DNA of 64,000 nt from Octopus sinensis (taxonomy: Eukaryota), in NCBI RefSeq assembly GCF_006345805.1, contig NC_043009.1, forward strand, positions 1,240,001-1,304,000, read 5' to 3'. The notes below the pieces were generated by a model. The model was given only the letters and a program-made list of their open reading frames with translations, was not told the DNA's origin and did not search any database. Every line of letters begins with the position of its first letter. The first letter of the stretch is position 1. Positions 54,485-64,000 of the stretch are shown here, piece after piece. A program made the position numbers and the translations under genes.

Positions 54485-54893
54485 ATTTGAAAGCGCCTTC
54501 CTTTTGATCATTGTCCTCTAAGCCATAACAGAAGAATTCAAGACTGGCGGCCCCTGGGGACTATTATAATACTGATGATCTTGCTCTCATAGCAGATTCT
54601 CTATAAGAGCTGCACTCAAGAAGAACTGTCCTCTACAAGCCTTGTGCTGTTGCCAAGTAAAAAGCATGCATGCTGGTGCCACATAAAAGCACCCATGCCA
54701 GTGCCACGTAAAAGCACCCATGCTGGTGCCACATAGAAAGCACTCAGCACACCCTGTAAAGTGACTGGTATTAGGAACCGCATCCAGCCGTAGAAACAAA
54801 GTCAAACCAGACTGGAATCTGGTGTCGCTCTCCTGTCCAACCCATGCCAGCAAGGAAAACGGATGTTAAAGGATGATGATGATGATGATGATG
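54485..54893 (+). mobile_element. Internally deleted RTE LINE: RT-motif fragment fused to the family C tail
   Basis: 54495-54610 reads PFLLIIVL*AITEEFKTGGPWGLL*/TDDLALIADSL (YADD region with stops and a frameshift). It is followed by 25-bp tandem units and the family C tail. Confidence 0.8.
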
Positions 54894-57800
54894 AATATGG
54901 TGACAAGAAAGGAAATATAATAGGACATAAAAGTTCTGTACTGTACTATTCATACCACCTGACTGTCACCTTATTAGTAATATATATTGTGAAAAGCCAA
55001 GTTGTAGAAATACCATTGAAAAATGGTTTTATGTAGACATAACAAGAGACAAACTGTCTGTAAGAACCTGTTCTTTTCAAAGCTATTGACTGAATTCATA
55101 GCCAAAAATACTACTATGAGATTTGAAACCTAAACTTGTCAGAGAGCTTTCAGTTGCTTGAATCTACTACATACATGGCTCAAGGAACCTTTTGTTAGAC
55201 ACACCTGAGTTGAAAGATGAGTCAATTGAATACAGGTAAAAAAACAGTCCTTGTTAAGTACACAATGACCTTTAGATTGTATGTAATAGTAGTTTGTTCT
55301 GATGGTCAAAAGTGGGTGCAGTCAGCCAACAGTCAGAAGTAGAGATTAAATAGATAGGCAGACAGATAGAGAAGAGAGAGGAAAACGGCGGGGGGGGGGG
55401 AGTAGGAGATAGAAACTGAGAATGTAAATATAGAAGCAGTACTTTTACAGGTGGTTTAATGAACATAAAGCATACTGGTGATATAAGTTAATAGATTTGA
55501 AGAAGAGTAGAGGAATTTACCTGTTGGTGTCCCTCCCTCAGATAATCATTAAACCAAAAGAACACATCAAGCAAACACCTAATGCAATCTCTTAAGTGTA
55601 ACTTAATAACAGACAACATGCTGAATTATTAAATGCAAGAGAAGAGATGCCACTTGCTGTGTAACTGCACAGTACCTGGCTTCCTAGCAGCTAGAGAGAG
55701 AGAAACTCAATATTGAGTTTAGTACCAGCAAAACAACAGCACAACACCCTGCAAAACCCAAATTTCGACATAGTTCTCTCTGAGGATGTATTAATGATAT
55801 GTATGTGTGAACACCAACGCTTCTCTGACTCATGCTATTTATTGTTATTTCTTGCAAAGTTACCCCAAAAAGTTTAAAAAAACAAAAAACACAGAAGATT
55901 ATACACATATATCTTAGAGTTTACAGACACAGCTCCACTCCCCAGAGAAAACTAAGAGCTACACAAATTACTGCTTGTCTTGGTATTTCTTATCATTCTA
56001 GATTAGTAATTAGAAAATGGTGTGCCACTGTTAACTAAAGTGCAACAACATGTCAGTGTAGGTGGTTACATTTCGTGAATACGTGCAGTGGATAGCAGAA
56101 CTGCTTGTGTTCAGACAAAATAACTTATGGCGTTTGGTTACAAATCTTTTTACACCGAGTTAAAAATCCATTTATGTTGACTTTGCTTTAAATCCTTCTG
56201 AAGTCAATAAATACTAATTATAGTGTTAATATAGTCAACTAAAAAATCCTTAAATACAATCAAACAACCAAAACTGATAAAATTATAGAATTTAACAGCA
56301 AATTTATTAAAATTATAATTGGTCATATATATGTATCAAATTGCATCATATTGTGCTCATAATTCAAACATGTTCTATTATGTTCATTATCATCATCATC
56401 GTTTAGCATCTGCTTTCCATGCTAGCATGGGTTGGACGGTTCAACTGAGGTCTGGGAAGCCAGAAGGCTGCACCAGGCCCAGTCTGATCTGGCAATGTTT
56501 CTACGGCTGGATGCCCTTCCTAACGCCAACCACTCCATGAGTGTAGTGGGTGCTTTTTACATGCCACTGGCACAGGTGCCAGACAAGGCTGGCAAACGGC
56601 CACAATCGGATGGTACTTATTACGTGCCACCGGCACGGAGGTCAGTTGGGGTGGTGCTGGCAACGGCCACGTTCGGATGGTTCTCTTACATGCCACCGGC
56701 ACTGGTATCACAGCTACATTTTCCATTGATGTTGATCGATTTCGATTTTATATAAGCAAATAAATAGCCACTCTTGAGGAAACATGTAACATAACTGAAA
56801 AGCCGACTCCATTCTTATTTGTTTAATCTTATATGTGAGTGTTTATGAGAATTAGCAGAAATTACAGTATCTTGAAGTACATGGCGAGGAAATGGTCTGT
56901 GAATCTAAAACATTTTCAAATGCTTGCTTATTATATAGAATAGGTATGCGAGAAACAGTGCTTATATTTTTCCTGTTTTTCTAAACTGAGAAGGATTATG
57001 ATAACAGATTTAGAAAATTAGTGTAGTTAATATTAAATTTATAACAAGTTGCTGCAGCTCGCAAGAGAGGAAAACATGGATGGTAAGATATATTTCCTAG
57101 AGAAATGGAGTTCTATATATTTGGAAGCTATATAAAAGCTTTTATAATGCATGTATATATGGGTGTATATTCTTCACTGATTTAAACTGATGCAGCTTAT
57201 AAACAATGATGAAAAAACCAAGGGACAAAAATCCCTGTAACAAATAACACTAATAAAGACAAAACATGAGCAAAAATAAATATTTTGGCATAACAAAGGC
57301 AGACAGCCTGTTTGGCCCTTGAAATATGAAGTCACCCGGCATTAAAGGACCAACAAACATGAAAGAAACTGATGAGACACTTGATAGCAATTTAGATAAG
57401 TGTGCCCAGAGAACTAGCTAGAAACTGTACCGACAACAGTTATACTCCGAGTATTTAAGCATGTTGGTCTTCTGGTTTTAATATTTAATTTGAAAGACTC
57501 GCATCGGAACACCGAATCAGCTGGTAGACAAAACAGTGTGAAGTGGAGGAAATATTGAGACTGTATCGTCAATCAGTCGAGCTTTGGAAATATCCGTCCA
57601 GCTTACAACAACAGTTCACTGTTTGTGTGCTGCACAATAGGAGAAAAATCTGAATTTTGAAATGGGAAGGGAGTTTTGTACTTTCTGCACATTGAAATTT
57701 CTTTAACACGTTTGGAAAGCTTGTAAATATTCACTCCCTTCTCTTCAAGAATAACATACTTTCAAAGTATAGTGTGTGTGTGTGTGTGTGTATGTGCATT

Positions 57801-57897
57801 GCACACCCTAATACTTATCAGTGTTACTACACTCTCTCAATTTTTAAATATATAGCTTAATCGCCCTTAGTCTTGCCATCTAGCAAAATATGCTTTG

Positions 57898-57928
57898 CTG
57901 AAGAGGTCTAATATGACCGAAATCTATC
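57898..57928 (+). ncRNA. Minimal hammerhead-ribozyme-like motif (core plus stem II), probably a Penelope-like element remnant
   Basis: CTGAAGA-GGTC-TAATAT-GACC-GAAA-TCTATC: both conserved core boxes, a 4-bp stem II and a downstream AUC triplet. Stems I and III pair poorly. Confidence 0.55.
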
Positions 57929-59038
57929 CTGCTTACACAAGTTGGCTTTAAAAACCAGAACTGCTCCAATAAACATCAAATACAGATTTCGAACAGAATC
58001 TATTGGAGTTATCTCCCTTGGTTTTAAAGGCAAATTTTGTTTACTTATTTTTTATTTTGCCAATGTTTTTTGTTCTCCTGTTGGTATGTTGAATAGGGTG
58101 GATAGACGGGTAGATAACACAGAAGGCACATGTCACCACACATGTCAAAAGTTCAGGCTTTTGTTTGTGTTATTGAGCTACTAGTTGACGGGCATGTTAT
58201 GAAGCGACGAAAAAGGGTTGAGGGTTTGACGAGGTGAGGTAGCCACAGTCAGGAAAGAAGCTTGCTGGTAAGCATGGCAAAGCTGCACAGTGGGGCCCCA
58301 GACCTGACTGGATCATGGCATTATTTTAAACCCCCAAAAGACTTGATTTATTTCAGAGCTTTTGATTAGTTCAAGAGTTTTCGTAAGACGAATAGAAAAT
58401 CAATCAAAACTATCACCAAGGAGAGAAAAAAACAAAAACTGTAACAAAAAGGAAAAGAAATTAAGATATTTATTTTTAATCTGGTCTGTAATTAGGTGGA
58501 GTTCATACGACGGACTTTCGAAAAGGATGTTACTACCTCAGAGAGAAGAACGGGAAAAGGGGGGCAAAATATAAAATATAAGCGATTAAGATTTGGGGAA
58601 TAAATTTCTTTCAGAACCAGAATTCCAGTAACTATGAAACATAAGAATAATTATAAGTGGAAGAAAACGGACTCTCAGTTCCTTAACCGTTTCCCTTCCA
58701 CATGAAATAAAGACACCTACTCCCAAACTTCACCATCTTAAGGATAAGGAACACGGAGATCTATGATGTTCAAGCCCTAGCCATGAATGTTAAAGGGTGT
58801 CAGTGGTTGGAAATGGAAATGGAAATCGGAAAGACAGAATTTGTTACGGAAATTTCAACATTGAATCATTCATCACCGAACTGTTTAAATCATGCGTGAA
58901 GTTTGTATAATAACCACAAACACCAAACACCACCAACATTTTACTAACACTCGGTTGGAAGCCATTCCACATTTTACAACATTCATGAAATGAAAACAGC
59001 ATGCATGTCACAACATCCCGTTCCGGCTTCCAGATTAC

Positions 59039-59250
59039 CTTAAAAATTAAACGAACAACGTATGAACTGAAATGATTTGTGAAAAAATGAATAAATAAAG
59101 GGAATCAAGGCTAAAAATTGATGAAACATGGCGTCGAGCCACACCCTCTTTGTGAAGAGACGGAAGCTACCCGCGATGAAGAGATGATCGTTATTATCAT
59201 CAGCACCACCTCAATGGAAACAGCAGGAGGAAATAGTTTTATTGACAGCT
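59039..59250 (-). promoter_or_regulatory. Putative promoter / non-coding first exon (possibly alternative) of the FERM gene
   Basis: Donor AAG|GTAATC at 59038-59033. YY1-like CGCCATGTT at 59133-59125. Lies in a zone that retains many CpGs while the sequence below ~57 kb is CpG-poor. The 5' limit is a guess. Confidence 0.35.
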
Positions 59251-59484
59251 ACACACAGGAGAAGCGGGAGAGAAAGAATGTCAAGATACATTAAACTGAT
59301 TAATTTAGAAATTTAGATAAAATAATAATAATTAAAAATACGATAGATAAGTCTTTCGAAGTAACCGGATATTTATATCTTTTCTATTTCGTTAGTGTCC
59401 TACTCACTAAATTACTAGAATAGACGTAGTGTGTGTTTGTGTAAATATACAAGTGTATAATAAGGTAGGAGGAATAACAATCCT

Positions 59485-59660
59485 TTCTGTTATAGGCACA
59501 AAAACTAAAATTTCGGGTGGCGAATGGTCGATTACATCAATCCCGGAAGAAGAATGAAAGGCGAAGTCTCAACCTGGGCAGAATTTGAACTGAGGACGTT
59601 AAGAGGGACGAAACACTGCTAAGCATTTTCTCCGGTGTGTCAACGACCCTGTCAGCTCGA
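59485..59660 (-). mobile_element. Family B SINE, degenerate and internally deleted; another degenerate copy at ~59690-59830 (+)
   Basis: Contains the gaatttgaactgaggacgt...gctaagcatttt head in reverse. Confidence 0.6.
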
Positions 59661-60156
59661 TAAAAATAATTGTTTCCAAATTAGAAGAGAGAGGTTAGTC
59701 GATACCATCGACTCCAGTACATGACTGGTATTTTATTTTATCAACTCTGAATGGAATGTGGAAAAAAACTCCACGGAAATAGTTTCTAACAAGTCCCATG
59801 GCCTCAAATTTGGGGCACAGGTAAAGAATACGCACAGCCAGGGGTTTGGGGTTTGGGTTTTTGTTAGGTCGAAAACGGGTGGTGTGCGTATTCTTTACTT
59901 TCTTCAGCTTTTGTAGGGTTTCCATTCAAACAGATCGAACGTTTTACCATTATTTTTCCCTGCGGTTTCTGAATTACATCCAAAGCTAACCATTTATAAA
60001 AGGAAGAATAAATAGACACTGAGTCTAAGTTGAACCCAGTATACGTCTGGTATTTATTTTTAGTATATTCACCGAAATTTAATCTCGAAACGCTTCACGG
60101 TCCGTAAGTTGGCGGTTCGGCAAATAATATCGATAGATTAAGTGCCTGGCTTTAAA

Positions 60157-60190
<34 letters not shown>

Positions 60191-60208
60191 TAATATATAT
60201 ATATATAT

Positions 60209-60583
60209 GGCATAGGCATAGTTTCGCCGCATAGGCATAGTTTCGGTTGTAGTAGCACAGATTTCCGTCGATTTCCGTAAAAAACTTTTATTTTTTTACA
60301 TAAGTAATGAGAGCGAAAGAGACTAAGAGGAAGCAATTTTATGACGAGGGAAGTTTGTCTTTGAAGTTACCGTCTAGGGGAAGCATTGATGTACATGTGT
60401 GTGTGTGTGTGTGTGTGTTTGATGGGGTGTGGGAGACAGACAGTATGTTGTGTAAGTGAAGTGCTTCTGTTAGTGTGTGCGAAGAGACAGAGAGAGTAAT
60501 GTGTGAAAGAGAGAGATAACTGATTTTTTTACTCGGTGTATGTGAATATGTATGTCTGCATGTATGTGTGTGTGTGTAAGTAC

Positions 60584-60615
<32 letters not shown>

Positions 60616-61023
60616 ATGTATGGCCGATTCAGTGTTTACATTATTTCGAATTAAAACGAAAGATTACCTTGCGGCGCCTGTTTATGTAACATACTTACAC
60701 ACACACATACATAGATACATACACACACACATACATGCATACATACATATACACATACACCGAGTAAAAAATCAGTTATCTCTCTCTTTCACACATTACT
60801 CTCTCTGTCTCTTCGCACACACTAACAGAAGCACTTCACTTACACAACATACTGTCTGTCTCCCACACCCCATCAAACGCACACAGGCCGACTTCAAAGA
60901 GAAACCTTCTCGTCATAAAATCGCTTCCTCTTAGTCTCTTTCGCTCTCATTACTTATGTAAAAAAATAAAAATTTTTTACGGAAATCGACGGAAATCTGA
61001 TCTACGACATACGAAACTTCGCC
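60209..61023. mobile_element. Foldback-type element: long, near-identical inverted arms, GGC...GCC termini, inserted in (TA)n
   Basis: 60258-60582 is the reverse complement of about 60692-60999, with few mismatches and one replaced internal segment. Both ends abut (TA)n. Superfamily unknown. Confidence 0.8.
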
Positions 61024-62364
61024 ATATATATATATATAGATAAGTACTGGAATAGATTCGTTCGAATAAAATTCAAGGCGAGCCCCCAGCATGGCTACAG
61101 TCCACAGAGAGAGAGAGATTTATAGGACATGGGTACATACAAAATTCAATCAGTCTCCGAAATGAGCAAAAGTACTTATTTTGTCGGCCACAGTGATACA
61201 AATGAAAGCAAATCGTCAGAACGAGGAGTTGACTGAACAAAATATTTTTTATGGATCCACTTATTTCAACCAGGTTCTTCCACATGCTTTGAAACTCGTC
61301 AAAATACTACGTAATGGGAGATTAAAACATTGTCGTGCACATTCTGTTTAAGTGTCGTCTACAACATCAACGCTATCAAGCTGACGAGGCGCCTTTATAC
61401 AACCGTTCATTATGCTAAAAATAATAGCTAAATACCCTTAAAATCATTCTGCTGCTTTGTAGTAAATAAATAAATAAATAAATAAAATGGAATAAAAAAA
61501 AGTTTATCAATGGTAGCGTAAAAGAATGGCAAACCAAATGCTTTAGCTATAAGTATTTTGTGTATCTATAAATAGGTCTGAATCTCTAGAATTATCATTC
61601 CTTCCATTTGGGGATTTCTCAGCACTACTTGAGACTGCCCAGCTCCCACCACCACCTTGAAATACACTGTACTTTGGACTACCTTTTCCAATATCTTCTT
61701 CCTTTTTTCTGAGACTGCAGGGAATGATTTTGAAGGGTATTTGGCTGCTGTTTCTAGCGTAGAGGCTCTTTAGTTGGTTTGTTAATGGCACAATTGCTTT
61801 TAGATTAAATCATGGGCAAAGTTCGGTCTGCGGGACTTTTTGAATGGCACACACCTAACGCAAAGCTGCCTTCAATTTTTGTTTTAGTAGTAGTAGTAGT
61901 GTGGCCTGCCTAATTATGAACCCAGTTCTCGAAAAAGGTTGCCCATATCTGCCTCAGGACAAGGTACGAAGTATGAGAAATCTTTTTTCCTAAGCAGCAA
62001 TCCCCATAGAGATATTTATTGCCCATCATAAACCAGACCACTTCACTAACACAATGTACGTCATATATTACACTAATTAAATCATAAAATAATTTGAGAG
62101 AGAGGGGTGGGGTGGGGGTGGATAGCCTGAGTGAATGAGAAACAAAGGAGCAATATTGTTCAAAAGTGTTGGACACTAAGAGAAAGTTATGCTTATGATA
62201 ACGATATTCCGTGTACTGTACACAGAGTCATGAAGGCACCGACCTGCAGGCTTGTTCCAGCTTGTCTGGGGTTTCACTACACAACCATTTTCTCCTGCAC
62301 CGACAAAATTAAGAGTCACTAAAAATATATATGATGAATTAACCACAGTATACAACTGGTACCT

Positions 62365-62955
62365 GTCTTTTTACCTTCCACTTGTTTCAGTCATTGGACT
62401 GCAGCCAAAATGGGGAACAGTCTTCAAGAGTTTATTTAGTTGTACTAATCAACACCAGAAGTAATTTGTTTAAAGTCAGGTAAGGTGGTGAGCTGGCAGA
62501 ATCGTTAGCACGCCGGGCGAAATGCGTAGCTGTATTTCGTCTGCTGTTACATTCCAAGTTCAAATTGTGCCGAGGTCGACTTTGCCTTTCATCCTTTCGG
62601 GGTCGATAAATTAAGTACCAGTTACGCACTGGGGTCAATATAATTGACTTAATCTGTTTGTCTGTCCTTGTTTGTCCTATCTGTGTTTAGCCCCTTGTGG
62701 GTAGTAAAGAAATAGGTATTGCTCTCTTTCATTGAAATGCTAAGTTACAGGGATGTAAACAAACCAACAATAGTTGTCAAATGGTGCATGTGTGAGGATG
62801 GCAAACACAAACTGAAAGACACACACACACATACATGCATGCACAATGGGTTTCCTCACAGTTTTTGTCAACTGCTTGGCTTGGGCTCTGGTAGAAGATA
62901 CTTGCCTATGGTGCTGCACAGTGGAACAACCGAACCTGAAACCACAGGGTTGCAA
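62365..62955 (-). mobile_element. SINE family A interrupted by a family B SINE
   Basis: Family A sequence stops near 62480 and resumes near 62719; AGGTA is repeated at the junctions. Confidence 0.75.
62482..62714 (+). mobile_element. Full-length young family B SINE nested in family A
   Basis: Nearly identical to 49734-49966. Confidence 0.9.
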
Positions 62956-63111
62956 TAGTTTCTGTCACTCCATGATTGCTGCCTTATAACAATTGGTACA
63001 GGACCACCAGAATATGACACTGTACCATGAACAGAATTGGTCTTGGAATATGATTAGTAGTTCTTATTCTATTGAACCATGGAGGAACCAAAGGCAAAGC
63101 CAGTCTTTATC

Positions 63112-63338
63112 GTTTCTCTTATTTCTTTCAGTCATTAGACCATGGCCCTGCTGGGGCACTGCCTTGTAAAATTTTAGTCGAACACATCAACCCCAGTACT
63201 CATTTTGGCTTTTAAGCCAGGGGCTTGTTCTATCGGTGTCTTTTGCTGAACTGCTAAGGACATCGATAGGTAAACACCCCAACACTGGTTGTCAAACAGT
63301 GGTGGAGACAAACATGGCTACAAAGGCACACACATATA
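63112..63338 (-). mobile_element. SINE family A, 3' half, followed by a mariner-derived insertion at its microsatellite
   Basis: Tail-half match ending at cacacata. Confidence 0.75.
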
Positions 63339-63551
63339 CAAGGGGGTACTGGAAAGTTCCTGGCTTCAAAGGTATCATGAATGGTCTGGTTGGAGGCCCA
63401 ACTCTCCGAGTTCTTTTACAGAGCTTAAAAAAACTGAAGGACCACTGCAATAAGAGTGTGAATCTGAGAGGGGAATATGTTGAATAAAGCCATTATTAAC
63501 TGATCCTCTTGTATTTTCTTTTACCCTAAGCCAGGAACCTTTCATCCACCA

Positions 63552-63556
<5 letters not shown>
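63339..63556 (+). mobile_element. Mariner-derived MITE carrying the transposase C-terminus
   Basis: TA|caagggggtactggaaagttcctggc ... gccaggaacctttc. Internal LKKLKDHCNKSVNLRGEYVE* resembles the mariner end KL..RW.KC....G.YVE. Confidence 0.85.
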
Positions 63557-63600
<44 letters not shown>

Positions 63601-63611
63601 ATATATATATA

Positions 63612-63742
63612 TAGGGTTGGTGCATAATTATTGCGGCTTTTTTCAACAAAAACATCTTTAAATGATTATTCCAGAGCATATTCACCATCCACTTCAATTA
63701 CTGCTTTCCCATTTGCTTGGCAGACAGTCAGACCCGTCATTT
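63612..63742 (-). mobile_element. Mariner 3'-end fragment (Hsmar1/MADE-like TIR)
   Basis: agggttggtgcataattattgcggc resembles TTAGGTTGGTGCAAAAGTAATTGCGG. Minus frames give LPSKWE/AVIEVDGEYALE*. Confidence 0.75.
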
Positions 63743-63774
63743 AAAGATGTTTTTGTTAAATATTGTTCTTATGT

Positions 63775-63985
63775 ATGTGTATGTTTGTGTGTCTGTGTTT
63801 GTCCCCCCAACATCGCTTGACAACTGATGCTGGTGTGTTTATGTCCCTGTAACTTAGCAGTTCGGCAAAAGAGACTGATAGAATAAGTACTAGGCTTACA
63901 AAGAATAAGTCCCGGGGTCGATTTGCTCGACTAAAGGCGGTGCTCCAGCATGGCCGCAGTCAAATGACTGAAACAAGTAAAAGAG
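63775..63985 (+). mobile_element. SINE family A, 3' half, young
   Basis: Near-exact match to the 3' halves of the 12203 and 45629 copies. Confidence 0.85.
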
Positions 63986-64000
63986 TCTCAGAGCCCTTAT

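Noticed and set aside
56255-56275. Acceptor followed by TTT TGG TTG (FWL), resembling the WL exon
   Set aside because: In-frame stop after 7 codons, and it lies upstream of the exon it should follow.
57860-57900. Minus-strand ILLDG peptide considered as the missing first FERM exon
   Set aside because: A stop follows five codons later, there is no suitable donor, and the flanking residues do not fit.
59588-59616. CTGAGGA...GAAAC apparent hammerhead
   Set aside because: No stem II pairing; it is the reversed head of a family B SINE.
60536-60934. 132-aa ORF, among the longest in the track
   Set aside because: It derives from (TG)/(CA) microsatellites within the foldback element.

Overview
AT-rich eukaryotic DNA packed with microsatellites, tRNA-derived SINEs, RTE/CR1 LINE fragments and MITEs. 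The repeat landscape resembles an octopus (coleoid cephalopod) genome; this is an inference from repeat style, not a database result. Almost the whole window appears to be intronic sequence of one minus-strand gene encoding a protein 4.1/coracle-type FERM protein. Two coding exons are recoverable: 48235-48125 ([37 protein letters not shown]) and 9203-9155 (QWLSLEKRISKQIKDK). They join in frame across a 38.9-kb GT-AG intron; the flanking FERM exons were not found in the window. None of the supplied six-frame ORFs looks like a real gene. Items most worth a second look: (1) an ~815-bp near-perfect foldback element in a (TA)n tract; (2) a minimal hammerhead-ribozyme core at 57898-57928 and a decayed hammerhead-like motif at 12633-12660; (3) a juxtaposed acceptor/donor at ~38680 inside the long intron (recursive splice site, 5-nt microexon or internal first exon); (4) a CpG-retaining, promoter-like zone at ~57.4-62.7 kb; (5) modular, nested and tandem SINE architecture. 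Repeat boundaries were read by eye and are approximate.
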